Origin: Felis catus
Lineage: Eukaryota
NCBI RefSeq assembly: GCF_018350175.1
Contig: NC_058383.1
Span: forward strand, 25,918,001-25,982,000
Direction of reading: 5' to 3'
Length of the DNA: 64,000 nt
How positions within the stretch are numbered: position 1 is the stretch's first letter; the number at the start of each line of letters is the position of its first letter. A program made the position numbers and the translations under genes. The notes below the pieces were generated by a model that saw only the letters and a program-made list of their open reading frames with translations, was not told the origin of the DNA and made no database searches. Shown piece by piece: positions 25,426-38,773 of this stretch.

Positions 25426-27779
25426 ACACAAAACACTATAATAAGAAACGATTATGGAAAAAAAAGTTTAAACCATACCACCTTATAGTAAGTAAAATGT
25501 GAATGCTTTCCTTCCTAACTCCTGCTTCCTAGGAAATCACCAGTGTCGACAGTGTGGTGTTTATCTTTCTAGACCTTTGTCTATACTCCGTGAATATATA
25601 GCTTTTTTTTGTAAAAGCCCAGCTTGGGATTTTTTGTTTTATAAAAACGAATAATCTTGTACACACGGGGGTCACAAGTTGCTTTTTTTACTCAAGAATC
25701 TAGCATGGGCCTCCCTCTTCCCACGTCAGTACACACACATCTACCTTATTCTTAATGGCTGAGGAATCCCTACCACACATAGAACATTATTGTTCTGATT
25801 GTTGCTGATACACTTTAAAAGTTCTTTTTATTTTGAACCAATTACAGACTCATAAGAAATTGTAAGAATAACAGAGGTCCTGGGTAACTGTCCCCCAGCT
25901 CTCCGCAATGGTGACATCTTACTTAACTACAATTGCATTATCAAAGCCAGGAAATTGACGTTGGTAGAATACCATTAACTAGACTATTCTACCAGGTTTT
26001 CTGTTCACGCTTTATTGCGGGGAAAGGGGAGATCTTTGTGACAATTCATTAATATATACGAGTTTATATAACCACCATCTTATTTAACTATTGGATTTTT
26101 CATGTCATCTCCAGATGAGGGTTATTTACCTACTTCAAAAGTACGGGAAACGCAAAAGAAGTTGGACCAATACCGTGTTTCTAAAAGCTTTCTAAATTGA
26201 GAGCAACTCTCATGCAGCTAAGAGTGTTCCCAGATTTGTATTTCTGCTTTTGCTACATAACCTTCCAATCAGTGTTTATAAGTACTGCTTCATTAAAAAA
26301 TATATATAGATTGAATATATACATACCCTATTTTCCTTATTTCTCTGAATGAAGCAAACGTAATGGGCGGGCAAAATCATAAACTGATCTTATGTCCCTT
26401 CCCCCGCCAGTCCAAGTCTCAAAGAAAGTATTTCAAAGCGAATAAAAAGAAATCCTATACCCCACACATTACAAGGAGAAAATTTTAATTTCTCATATTA
26501 TTTCTCTTTCACTGGCAATTTTTTCCTAATTCAAAAGAATGAAAGAGATATGCCTATACGCTTCGGCAGAAGTCAGCAATGGCCAAGGCTAGTGCTACAT
26601 GTGCACCGCCAGCCGCATCACGTCTTAGAGAATTTACAGGGCAACTCGTAGTATGCCCATTAGGTAACAGTCCCATGAGTCAGTTTGTTAGGGCCTTTAA
26701 ATCCCTCCTCAGGTATAGCCATTAACAGCAGTTTCTAGAAAGAGTTTAGGAGTTGAGAGATCTCCTGGGTTCAGAGTTACCGATAAAATGGCTACATGGC
26801 TTTGACTCTTTCTAGTGGTGTGACCTTAGCAAGTTGTAAGCCTCGGGGGCCTCATCTGTATCACAGGGATAACAACAAAACCGAGCCTCGGGAAGCCGAG
26901 CATGAGGAAGGCAGACCAGGCAATGGAACTAACGCAGGGCCTGGCACCCAGAGAGCCTCAGGAAGAGGTGATTATGTGAAGGGCTCCAGGGCTTAGCATC
27001 TCTGACTCACTTCCCACCTCCACTCCTCACATCCAACAAATTCGACTCCGAACACCTCCTGACATGACTGAGGGTCACAGAACTTAACAACAGGTATTTG
27101 TTCTGATGTGAACTGAGGGAAAAGCACCACAAAATTACGCACACAAAATCCTTACCTCTAAAACAAAAATACAGAGCAACAACCGGAGCGGACAGAGAAA
27201 TACGAGTACGGAAACATATCAAAATGTTAACACGGCAGGATTTTAGGTGGCTCTTTTTCTCCTTTTCACCTGTCTTTCCCAAGATTCTTTCCAGTATATG
27301 TATTTTTATTAAGGTTTTCTGATTACAGAAATCTTCTCCTTCCTGTTCCGCGGATTACCAACCCTTCTTCTTTCTCTCATCCACCTGGTCTGCACCTGCC
27401 AGTCTGAGGTTCGAGTGTTGCTTGTTTCCCATCGTCCTCCTGATGGAAGTTCTTCAAGCTCTGCCTGATCTCCACCACACCACATTCGCCGACTCTGTAA
27501 CCCGGTCCACATCCAGCCAGCCCACTTTCTCCCTCTTCTCCAGTAATGCTGGTCTCCTTAATATGCCTCTTACCTGCCTCTACATGTACAGGTCCTTCCC
27601 TGGGCCCTTCCTTTACTCCCTGAACCCACCCCCTACTTGTTTCCTGACTTGCAGGTCAGCCCAGACCCCCATCTGCCTCAGTGAGTCCCGCAGAGACCAA
27701 ACAGAAGGATGGCAGCCGCTTGCTTTGCCTGGTGTCCCTATCTCTTGGCCACGCACTGATGTGTATTATCACGGTCACT

Positions 27780-27920
27780 TCAGGACAGCCCTTCAGGGAA
27801 GGTTCTAGCATTGGCCCCATTTTACAGCTCGTAAAACTGAGGCACAAAGAGATCAAGGAGCCCAAGGCAACACAGCCATAATCTGAACCCAGCACTGCCC
27901 AACTGCCTGTCCGGCCTCTA
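27780..27920. mobile_element. MIR
   Basis: ccccattttacagctcgtaaaactgaggcac. Confidence 0.7.
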
Positions 27921-29816
27921 AAGATGCACTTTCCTCTTCATTCATCCAACATTTACAAACTGCACTGCACAGCTTAGCAAGGGACCACATGGATTCCCCG
28001 TCAGACAAGACCCACCACTCATGTCAGGGACCAGAACTTTCTCCTTCTACACCTCCCATACCACCTCTGGCAAACGAAAAGCTACTGAAAATGATGAAAA
28101 GCTTACCAAGGGATTTGTTTTCACTGCCCAAAAACAGATCTTAAGAGATGGTTACTTTTTTCCATGCAGAATGTGCCTGAAATTGAGGGCATAAGTCCAT
28201 TTTTTTGCTTACTATAATATTATTTCAGTTGTATGGGGGGCAGGGATCCTGTCTTCAAACAGCAAAAAAGTCTTTCTAAATAATGACTGACTTTTTTTTT
28301 TTTTGGATTTCAATGTCAATCTGAAATTTCATATGGTAGATATTCATGGCTGAAGCCATTTCTCCTGTCCCCTATCTTACTGCCTGCCCTGTATATTTTC
28401 GGCCAAACTGACAACCCCCTGTTTGGGAGGCATGGCCTCATGTCCCAAATGACACATCCCAGCCACTCAGAGTTTTTAGGCATGAGACACACCCATTTTC
28501 GACACCACCTTCCACAATGACATGGATTCTTCTGCATTTTGAAAATGATTAACATTTTTTTAATGTGATGCTGCAAGTCCCGTATTTAAGTGCCCGAAGA
28601 ATCAGAGTTTATTATTATTCGGGTGACCTAATTTTTTTAATCACTTCTTCTGGCACAGTAACGATTTCCTAGAGTTTTACTCCCTGGGAAAGCTGTGTTC
28701 CCAGCTTCCGCCATCCTTTGAGATTACTGGTGCTTAAAATAAAAGGAAGAATGCCTTATGACACGTACCTTTTGTTTTAATCCGATTTGTCCTTTTCATT
28801 AAAATAAGGAAGAAAAAAAAAACAGTGTTCCCATTTTCAAATTTTCAAACCCATCAAGCCTGCCTACAGGCTTTAGTCACTCAACTGAACAGGTGGGGGC
28901 GCCTCTCTTTCTAGTCAGGCTTGTGGTACCTCTTCCCAGGAGCCTGGGCCACCGTGTGGCTGCTGAGACTCCCGAAGATCACAGAGATCGACCAGCAAAT
29001 TTTCAATCTTCCATACATATTGACTTGATTTAAAATCAACTTAATGGGAAAAAAGTCACCTGAAATTTAAGATGCCCCTTTTTTTCTCCTCATACTTCAG
29101 GATTCAGGAAAATTGAAATGGAAGTAATGCATTATATTTGGTTGAAAAAGTTAGAAAACACAGATAGGCCAAGAAAAGGAAGTTAAGACGATACAAAATC
29201 TCACCTTCCGGTGCTATTTCGACATCCCCCCTCCCCAGTTCTCTCATACAGATATAAAAATCATGTCCACAGTCCTGAAAACACAACAAACACTCCAGTG
29301 CTACGAGTGGGGGACTCCACCAAGCAACGCAAATCGATTGTCCTATTCGATTTGTGCAAAAAACCCCCCAAAACAGGAATCAACGCTTCCGTTTCAAAGA
29401 TGAAAAAAAAAAGACTCAGAGTGGTTAGGTAGGGACAAGTGACTTGACTGTTCTGTCCCGACAGCTGGAAGCAATGGAGCTGAGATTCAGACCCAGGCAC
29501 CCCGACTCCAGGGCCCAACGTGAACACCGGGCCATGCTACCACTTAGAATACACACAGCAAGGCACGTAGCCTCCTTGTTGGACACACCGGTTATTGCGA
29601 ACACCCTTACATCATTATGTACAGATCTTCATCATGGTCTTCCATCGTTTTAAATGGGCCCTGCAACATCCCATTGAACCTACATGGATCCCCAAATCTA
29701 ACCAATCCCTTGTGATGACAGCTTCCAATGCTGTGCCAGCACGAACCCATACACCTGGACGTACGTGTGCATGCCTGTGTCTTTACGCACTTGTCCAATT
29801 ATTTCTACATGCTATT

Positions 29817-29883
29817 CTTTAAGTTTACTGTTTGAGAGAGACAGAGACAGTATGAGTGGGGGAGGGGCAAAGAGGGGGGGGTG

Positions 29884-29933
<50 letters not shown>

Positions 29934-30058
29934 CCCAAGCAGATTCCAAGTTCAACACGGAGCCTAACGCAGGGCTTGAACCCACAAAACCATGAGATCG
30001 TGACCTGAGCCGAAATCAAGAGTCAGAAACTTAACCGACTGAGCCACCCAAGCACCCC
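29817..30058 (-). mobile_element. CAN-SINE with long (GA)n
   Basis: Full element. Confidence 0.94.
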
Positions 30059-30210
30059 TTACATTTAATTTTACCGTTGTAAGACCATTAACGTGAGATC
30101 TACCTCTTAACACATTTTTTAAGTGTGTGATACAGTATCGTTAACTACAGGTACAGTGTTGTACAGATCTCTAGAGCTTATTCATCTTGCTTAATTGAAA
30201 CTTTAAGCCC

Positions 30211-30230
30211 ATTTTTAAAAAACTGATTAT

Positions 30231-30268
<38 letters not shown>

Positions 30269-30396
30269 AGCAGGGGAGGGGCAGAGAGAGAGAGGGAGAG
30301 AGAGAATCCCAAGCAGGCTCCATGCTCGAATCCACGAAACTGTGAAATCATGACCTCAGCTGAAACCAAGAGACCAAACCACCACCCAGGCTCCCC
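30211..30396 (-). mobile_element. CAN-SINE (internally deleted)
   Basis: (GA)n plus partial head. Confidence 0.88.
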
Positions 30397-30414
30397 TACA
30401 TGATAACCTCCCCC

Positions 30415-30624
30415 TTTTTGTAATGTTTTTATTTATTTTTTAGAGAGAAAAACAGAGCATGAGCAGGGGACAGGCAGAGAGAGAGGGAGACCTAGAATCT
30501 GAAGCAGGCTCTAGCTGAGCTGTCAGCACAGAGCCTGATGTGGGCTTGAACCCACAAACTGTGAGATCATGACCTGAGCCGAAGTCGGACGCTTATTAAC
30601 TGAATGTGCCACCCAGGCACCCCC
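30415..30624 (-). mobile_element. CAN-SINE
   Basis: Full element, tandem with the previous one. Confidence 0.94.
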
Positions 30625-31456
30625 ACTCTGCAATATTCTTTAAGAGGGATTGTTTAGTCAAAGTCATATCCTTTTATCTCTTTCTTTATGGTTGTCAAAG
30701 TATTTGCAGCTTCCAGGAAAAGGGAGGTATACTTGAATTTTGCTCTCCACTATGTATCAAGTGCTCTCCACTACGTAGCAAGACCCCTTCTTCCTTCTCC
30801 CCACAGACTAAATTCTGAACCATCTGCTGAAGTAGCTTCATCTACCACAGTTACCAGGCCAAGTAAAACTGGTGTTCTACTTCTCAGTCTCAGGTAAGAA
30901 AAAGAATATTTCTGCCAGTATTCTGATTGTACTTGAATTCCTAACGCTACTTCGATTAGACCAAAAAAAAGAAGGAACAGGAAAAAAAATCTTATAAATG
31001 CAATTACCTGAGTTTCACTTTCCCTCTGTAAAACGGGGCAACTGTTACCTGTTCTACCAACTTCTTAGATTACTGTAAACACGAAAGGGGAGCATGAAGT
31101 TTAGTGAAGAAGCAATGAAACCCACTGGCCCCGTAGCCACATTCTACGGGTTGGTGTCCAGTCACCATGACCTGAAGTACGTGACTTTTCAGAGGTATTT
31201 GGCCTCTCTGAGCCTCTCTCCCAGAGTTGTTAGATGAGACAACCAAGGAAAAGTGCTGAGCACAGAACCAGCCACCATGGTGAGCCCTACCCTTTGAGAT
31301 GGCTGGCTAGCACTGGGGTTGCTGTGGCCATTATCAACGGGCCCTGTTTACATCCCCGAGCACCATGGTGTAGATGGTGTGACAACACAATGGAAGGGAG
31401 GGGAGCCCCAGCATTCCTCCTGTGTGAACTTCACACCGAAGCCACCTGGCAGTTAC

Positions 31457-31579
31457 CTCGGGGGCATGGTAGGAGATGCACTGGAAGATCCAATCCATGG
31501 CAGGTGAGTACAAGGGCAGGTAGGATGGGAGCTCCACTCCCTGGACCACCAGCTGGTTCTGGACTGTATCGCCATGAAT
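31457..31579 (-). CDS. VPS35L: VPS35L coding exon (~exon 14), 123 nt
   Basis: tatag|ATT...GAG|gtaact; [41 protein letters not shown]. Confidence 0.97.
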
Positions 31580-32071
31580 CTATAGGAGACCAAATAAACA
31601 CTCAGAAAACGAGGGGAATAATAATCAACGAAGAGCAAGTAACTCACAGACTGTGCATACTTGTAAGCATTTGGGTGGCCTCAAGAGAAATAGCCTGGTT
31701 TCTCAGGTTTTTTGTTTTTTTTTAAACTAGAAAAAACACACAGAAAGTTTCCCATGTCGCCAAGCTGAGCTGTTTTGGGAACACGCGCCGCGCAGAGAAG
31801 TAACCTGACAAAAATGGACCCAGCAGATGTGAGGAAGAAAGGCTGATCAACTAGAGACATTTCCTGTTAACACATGCATATTAATTCTCCCCGCTTCCTC
31901 AGTACAATCAACACATTTTAATTATCTGTAACAAACGCGAGTACAATTTTGTGGGGTTTACACATTTAAAGAGCTTTAAGGCAATCTCAACTTGGAAATC
32001 CAACTGGGTTTTGTGAATTCGTGATCATATAACTGTTATATCAATTAGCGGTTCCGACAGTGTTCTCTTAC

Positions 32072-32149
32072 CTGTTTGAATGTGAGGAGGAAGTCAAAGA
32101 AGTTCTTATTCAGGCTTTCTTTCAGATGTGGAGCCACCTCCATCCCCAC
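32072..32149 (-). CDS. VPS35L: VPS35L coding exon (~exon 13), 78 nt
   Basis: cacag|GTG...CAG|gtaaga; [26 protein letters not shown]. Confidence 0.97.
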
Positions 32150-32882
32150 CTGTGGCCAACCAAAAGAAAACTACCTTGACTCTGGACGAACAGGTTGCAA
32201 ATAATATATACGGTGGGATCCCATTTTTGTAAATTAAAAATAGACACAGGAATAAATGTAGGCATTGAGTCCAGAAAGTTAATTTTTCTTCTTTTTGCTT
32301 ATCTGTTTTCTTATTCAATAAGCATGCATGCTTTTATAAGAAAAACCACAGAAGCTATTTTTAATGAAAAAGAGGCAACATTTGCAGTAATCATCTTTGC
32401 AATTTCCCAGAGGTAATGAATGTATTTCTGAACAGATGACCAAGAGAACAAATCAATACAGTGCAAAGGAAGAAAGTACCCTCAGGATTGTGTATACAAT
32501 ATTCTCTTCCTCTCAAAAGAAAAAAAAAAAAAAAAGAAACACACATGTGGCCGCACTTACTAGATGAAGCAAAAAAGACTTTGGTATAAGAGAGTCAGCT
32601 GGGATTTCACCGGTGCATTGTGAAAACCTACAGATTCATTCTTTGCTGGGCAGTCATGGAAGCAGACAAGCTTTTTTCAACGTATTTTAAATAAGACCAG
32701 CATGTGGTGGAACAATGCTATAACCCATTGGCTCCTGCATTCGTTGTTTTAAAAAGAGTGGAACATTCCAGCTGAAAAATTTTGCTAATCATAGAGAAGG
32801 CAGCCAGAGCCCTGGGATTGGATGGAAAAGTGAAGGTATGAGCTACGGAGGGGAGTTCATGGGTTTAAAACAAAAGCATAGT

Positions 32883-33105
32883 GGGGCGCCTGGGTGGCTC
32901 AGTCAGTTCATCGTCCGACTTCAGCACAGGTCACGATCTCACAGTTGGTGGGTTCGAGCCCCGCATCGGACTCTGTGCTGACAGCTCAGGGCCTGGAGCC
33001 TGCTTCTGATTCTGTGTCTCCCTCTCTCTCTGCCCCACCCCCACTCACACTCTGTCTCTCTCTGTCTCTTAAAAATAAATAAATTTTTAAAAAATAAAAA
33101 AAATA
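32883..33105 (+). mobile_element. CAN-SINE
   Basis: TSD aaaacaaaagcat. Confidence 0.96.
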
Positions 33106-33789
33106 AAACAAAAGCATCGTAATGTTTCTTGAACTGGGCTTCTCGGATACATCTCAATTCCAATTGCTACTTAAGCACAAAACAACTTTGTACGAGAAGG
33201 TGCTCTTCTGGGACCCGGTTTCCTCAAACGGGGACAGATTTCCACCCGCTCACCTCCCCTACTCAAGGTCATGAAGATGAACAATAATGCTATTTTTTAG
33301 AGACCATGAAGAGCCCCTTTGAGAAGAATCATGCGCGATCTATGGGGCGCTGACTTCCAAGGGCAGCTCCGTGGCTGTTGAGGTTTTCAAGGACAAGCAG
33401 CAGATAAAAAAAAATACTAACAAACATCAGATCCAGTTCTACTGTGTTCTACTGTCTTCCCTTCCACTTAATCATACCGTAGAAAAGGCAGTAATTATCT
33501 GTTAGGCAACAGTTACGGAAGGCCCAGTGAACAAGCAACAGCAGTGAGCTGAAGGGGCCGTGACTTAGCAGAGGAGTTAATCATACTTTCCTTTAATAAA
33601 CAGCTTTGAGCTCCGCCCACGCCCTACCCACTCACTGCTTTTCTGTGTTTTGTTTCTCGTTCCATCAAGACAAATGAGCAGCTTGGAAATCTGCTTGGGT
33701 CTAAAAGATTTCTACCCAGAGTAGCAAGGGTAGTAGCTCATGATTTCCACCTGCTGTTTCCGCCTGCCTGGCGTGCATTCCCTATTTCT

Positions 33790-34280
33790 GGCATCAGCAA
33801 ATTGGATTTATCTTTGGGGAAGCAAACCTCCCTCTTACAGCATTAGGTTTGAGGAGAAGCTGGACCCATCCTACCCTGAGTTCCAGGGGTAGGCACAAGA
33901 TCCGGGCTTACTCAGGTGGCAGATCTCATCCCATGGCCACAATGACTGGTCTCCTGAGGGACAAGTGACCCAAGATGGTCCACTGAGAGTCAGCCATGAG
34001 GCTCTGGCCCACACTTCTGAGGAAAAGGCATTCTCTTTCCACTGGGAGGATGGAAGCCTGGAGCTGCTGAGTAAGGCACAGAATGAAGTCAACCCAGATG
34101 AAGGCAGAGCTGAGTGATGAAGGAGAGGACAGTTCTCGATGACACTCTGAAGGCCCTTGGAACTAGCCATGCCTGCACTGCCCCGAGATCCTTCAGACAC
34201 ATGAGCCAACAAACCCTCCTTTTTGCTTAAAATAGAATGAACTGGGTTTTTGCCGCTTGTGACTGCAAGAATCGTTAGGG
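33790..34280 (+). mobile_element. MLT1 (J/K-like) LTR
   Basis: atgagccaacaaaccctcctttttgcttaa 3' motif. Confidence 0.65.
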
Positions 34281-35160
34281 ATGCAGAGGCTGTCCCTTTT
34301 ATGTCAAAAGACTTAGTAACTACCCAACGTGGGCAACTGATGCAAAACCTGGGTTTACAAACATCATTTCAACAGATCAACTGCATTCTGTCACCGGTCT
34401 TCCCGGGTTAGGTCTGCAGTCTCTCTTCACTGTCACTAAGTTTTAAAGTTGCATCTGCCGTTGTAAATGCCAGAAACATAAATATCTCTTCCCTAACTTT
34501 GCAACTTTAAACTTCAAGCTTTACAACTGAATGGATTTGCAAAGAACGCGTAGTTCCACCTTTTTGATTTCTCTTTAACGACCAGAATCATCTTCATTAA
34601 TAAGCACAATGACTAGATCTTTATTACTCTATTATTCAACAGATGTCAAGGGAAGTCTGAATAATGTGCTGTGTTCAAAAAGGGAAAGGCAGTGGAGTGC
34701 AGATACGCAAATGACGATAAGCCGGCATTTCCCCCACAGGACCCAACAGTGTTCTGCACACGATAGGCCCTCAACAAACCCTGACTCAGAAGGAGTATTC
34801 AAGCTTCAATACATTCCAAAGCTGAAGCTCTAGGAAACATACCTGATACTCCTGTAAGAAAAATTCCAACCCAAGTTTCAAGCAGATGGCAATGCATCAA
34901 TGCTTTAGCCTCTGTTACCAACGTGGAGTATGCTGCCCTTAAATGAAAAGTGTTTTCTTTCCTTCTTAGGTATTAGGGAGCAGACCTATAAAAAGTGTCC
35001 TTCATAATGATGTTTGCTATTTATTCCAAGGGCATCGACTGTTTGATTTCTTTGTGACACTTGAGGCCACAGGGCTTCTGTCATTTGCTAGATGTCCTGG
35101 AAAGGAAGTGGGTCCAAGACTACCGGTTCTCACCATTCTGATTTAAAAATATGAATGATT

Positions 35161-35368
35161 GGGGCGCCTGAGTGGCTCAGTTGGTTGAGCATCTGACTTT
35201 GGCTCAGGTCATGATCTTGCAGTTTGTGAGTTCGAGCCTCACATCGGGCTCTGTGCTGACAGCTCAGAGCCTGGAGCTTGCTGCAGATTCTGTGTCCCCC
35301 TATCTCTCCACCCCACCCCTGCTTGTGCTCTCTTTCAAAAATGAATAAACATAAAAAAAATTTTTTTT
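35161..35368 (+). mobile_element. CAN-SINE
   Basis: TSD aaatatgaatgat. Confidence 0.95.
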
Positions 35369-35647
35369 AAATATGAATGATCACCAGCAAGAGCTGGGGG
35401 AGGCCCCGTAGCTTTGTCCTCCAGGAAGTCTGCAGTTCATGAGGACCCTAGAAAACAGGGGCAATAAGCCCTCCTTCAAGGCAAATAATGCTGATGGGAC
35501 TAACAAGGACTCCCTGGGCAAGCTGACAGCAGCTCAGCCTCCCTAGGAGCTGACGAAAAATAACTGTAAACTCTCCATGGGTTGCACTTTTCTAAAGGAA
35601 AAGAGTTTCAAGTAGAAGCTTCATGGTGCTTTAAGAGAGAAAAAGGC

Positions 35648-35866
35648 TGGCATGCCTGGATGGCTCAGTTGGTAAAGCATCCGACTTTAGCCCAGGTCAT
35701 GATCTCCTGGTTTGTGAGTTCGAGCCCTGCATCGGGTTCTGTGCTAACAGCACAGAGCCTGGAGCCTGCTTTGGATTCTGTGTCTTCCTCTCTCTCTGCC
35801 CTTGCCCCACGTGTGTCCTGTCTCTCAAAAATAAATAAACATTAAAAAAAAATTTTTTTTTAATTT
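35648..35866 (+). mobile_element. CAN-SINE
   Basis: Near-TSD tttaagagag..aaaag. Confidence 0.94.
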
Positions 35867-36420
35867 AAGAGAGGAAAAAGTTAAGTGATTTACAATCGGG
35901 ACCACCTCCTCCATCAGAGCAGCTCCAAGATGAGGCTCTCGTAGCCTGTAGCCTTCCGTGGCTGCTGACACTTACCAGCACCTCACCCTGCCGGGCTGCC
36001 CCCACCACTCTCACCCTGCACCAACTCTTTAATGTAGGAAGGGAGAAACCAATAACACAATCCAATCCAAGACAAAAGGAAAGCAGACTTCAATTCAATG
36101 AAAAGCAACCTACCTACAGCCGAAATGCCTTGGGAGCCTCCTTCCCGGCAAAAACGGGAGAAATAATTAATTCTGAAAACCAGTTCATTTGTAAGAAGAT
36201 AACCTTAAACGCCCCCTAATTAGAGTTATTAAGTGGATCTACTTTAAAATTAATTTTTGAGAGAAATCCTACAGCTGTGCTTTCTGTGGAAGAGCCGCGT
36301 TCTAAATTTAGCAGCTAACGAAGTCCTTCTTGTGGTGGCTCGTGAGATGCCGGGGAAGGAGAAGCCTACGTGAGCGTGTGAGCAGCCCGTGTGAGCGCCC
36401 AGTGACCCGGCGCGGCCTAC

Positions 36421-36514
36421 CCGGCACAGATAGGCCCTCGCGTACACAGACACCAGCGGGTCTCCAATCCCTCGAATCATACACGTCAGTCGGGGCAGAC
36501 ATTCTGAAATCCCC
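36421..36514 (-). CDS. VPS35L: VPS35L coding exon (~exon 12), 94 nt
   Basis: aacag|G GGG...CGG|gtaggc; [31 protein letters not shown]. Confidence 0.97.
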
Positions 36515-36607
36515 CTGTTAGAAACAAAAAGAGGGCAGCATTATACCCTTTGGGAAAACTCTGTATCTTTTAAAATACAGATAAAGGTACATATGCTTCC
36601 TAAATGT

Positions 36608-36624
36608 GGGGGGGGGGGGGGGGG
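36608..36624. repeat. G17 homopolymer
   Basis: Direct reading. Confidence 0.95.
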
Positions 36625-37518
36625 AACAATCCAATTTCAGAGACAAACCAAGGCCAAACCTTGCATTTTCCAAGGCAACCTAACAATAGTCTTTCTCTCT
36701 TGACACACTGCTAAAGTCTTTACCATTTGCTCAGTGCTGGAGTCTAACCTTTACTTTTTTGCCTGTTTGAGGTCACATTTATTTTATTAATTTAACAGGT
36801 TTTGTCCCCCAGTTATTTTCCATCCACTGGCTACTCCTTGACCTTCCTGACATTCTCGCCATAGCTATTATTCCTCTGGCACTGACTTCCTATTCTGTGC
36901 CCCACTCCGTCCTGGCACCCAGCTCCTGGCACCTCAGGCTGCCATCAATGCTCCCCATCACTGTGAACTGTGATTTACTTCTTTCTCCTGCGACATGGCA
37001 CTTCCCTCTGCCTTGGGCATCATCCTCCCTGAACGGTGAGGCAAAACAACTATTTCTTTAGCACCAAGGTTATCCCCAACAACTAAACCCAGGTGCCCTT
37101 AGATCCAAAAGAAACACCTTTGGTACATATTCCAAACTCAAACTACATCACTACCGAGCACCAACAGTCAGCCTCTGGCTTCAGGGAGTTTATTATCTGC
37201 ATCAAACAACGCCTTAGGTAACCCAGAGCAACATGCAGCTCAGGGGCAAAGACTTTTGCTTCTGACATCAGCTTCATCACTGTCGTCTGCAGCGCCAGCA
37301 AATACTGAGCTGAGCATGAGCCCGCTGTGGGCCAGTCATGCTCTCAACAAACCCTCCTAGACCTCTTCTTACAGACTTGTTCGCAGAGATGGAGGGCCAG
37401 AGATGCTAAATAACTTGCCAAGACCACACAGAGTCAGGATTCTCCCATGAGGTACTCAGCCAACTTCTCCTAGCTGGAGTCTTCTCTTCCATAAAACAGC
37501 AACAAAAATGCTCTCTTT

Positions 37519-37736
37519 GGGGCACCCGCGTGGCTCGGTCCATTTAGCATCTGACTTCGGCTCAGGTCATGGTCTCACGTTCATGAGTTCCAGCCCCACA
37601 TCGGGCCCCTGCTGCTGTCCACACAGAGCCCGCTTGGGAACCTCTGTTCCCTTCTCTCTGCCCCTCCCCCATGTTGTGCTCTCACACACACACTCTCTCA
37701 AAAATAAATTTTTAAAAGTATGCATAAATAAATAAA
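37519..37736 (+). mobile_element. CAN-SINE
   Basis: Diverged full element. Confidence 0.9.
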
Positions 37737-37929
37737 ATGTTCTACCTCAACAAGTTTCCATTTAGATAAGATGGGAAAATGCACAGAAGGTGCTTAGCAC
37801 TAGATCTATTACATGCTAATTAACTACATGCTAAGGACTCGGCGAATGATAGCTATCATATTGCCATTAGTGTAAGTATGAGATTTCTTGGAAATGTTAT
37901 GATTCTAGACATAATCAGAAGAGCCTTAC

Positions 37930-37977
37930 GTTTTGGACAGGAACTTGTTACATTTCAGGATGGATGCTTCCACATAA
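37930..37977 (-). CDS. VPS35L: VPS35L coding exon (~exon 11), 48 nt
   Basis: cgtag|T TAT...AAA AC|gtaagg; YVEASILKCNKFLSK(T). Confidence 0.96.
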
Positions 37978-38676
37978 CTACGAAAACATTCCATTAAGGA
38001 AGACATTTTCCAGATGGCCTGTTCCCTATGGCAAAAAGACTGGACTACTCATGAACAGAACAGAGACAGGACTTCAGGACAGGGAGGCACAATGGCTCTC
38101 ACTAGTCCAGAGAACTAAGCTAACGGCTTGTGGCTTCCCTGCTTGGTTTTCAAAGTTTCATACTTATTTAAAATAAATTTTGGAAAATGTTACAGGCTGA
38201 TTCACGGTGGCATGCTGAAGTTTAAGCTGCCTTTTGAGCATTTCCAATCAAGGCTTTATGGGGAAAGAGTGGACTTTAGCTAACCAAGATTCGTTTGTGT
38301 ATAAGGTGAATTCTGTTCTTCAAAACTTGCATTTGTGCAGGGAACCCTGACCCTGTTCCTTTCAAGTTTTTGAAACCAGGGAAAACACATAAAGATGAAA
38401 CACTTTAATTGAGAGAATTAATGTGGGAATGTTCCTCTAGGAAACAAAAGCCTGGAACATGGCATCATATTCAAAGTAAGAAAACAGAACACCATTTGGG
38501 GAGAGAGGAGTCCAAAGGCTTCGACGATGTGGCTGGCCCTGGATTTTCAGGCTGGTAACCGTAACGGGACCAAATTTTCCACAGGAATTTCAGGGCGCCC
38601 CATCACATGGCTTCTATTAGTGGTGCAACTCTTTCAGCCTATCTTTAAAACCATCAGACAAAAAAAAAAAGGATAC
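37978..38676 (-). other. VPS35L: U12-type (minor spliceosome) GT-AG intron, 699 nt
   Basis: 5' splice site GTATCCTTT; branch site TTCCTTAAT at 38001-37993, about 16 nt from the terminal AG. Confidence 0.93.
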
Positions 38677-38773
38677 AATCTCGGAATGAGTTCCCTGATG
38701 GAAGCAATCTTGAAAAACCAATTTAAGCATGTTTCTTTGGCCGTGTCATTGACATTCTCTGGAGAGAAGTGAT
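38677..38773 (-). CDS. VPS35L: VPS35L coding exon (~exon 10), 97 nt
   Basis: ttccag|AT CAC...AGA TT|gtatcctt (U12-type donor); (D)[31 protein letters not shown](F). Confidence 0.96.

Noticed and set aside
26550..26800. CpG-containing unique stretch with short inverted repeats (tagccatt/aatggcta) and a TGAGTCA site; possible ncRNA
   Set aside because: Stems of 8 bp or less, no snoRNA boxes or miRNA-length hairpin recognised; compatible with chance
31234..31725. Longest ORF in the track (163 aa, plus strand)
   Set aside because: Antisense shadow of the real exon 31457-31579; no recognisable protein
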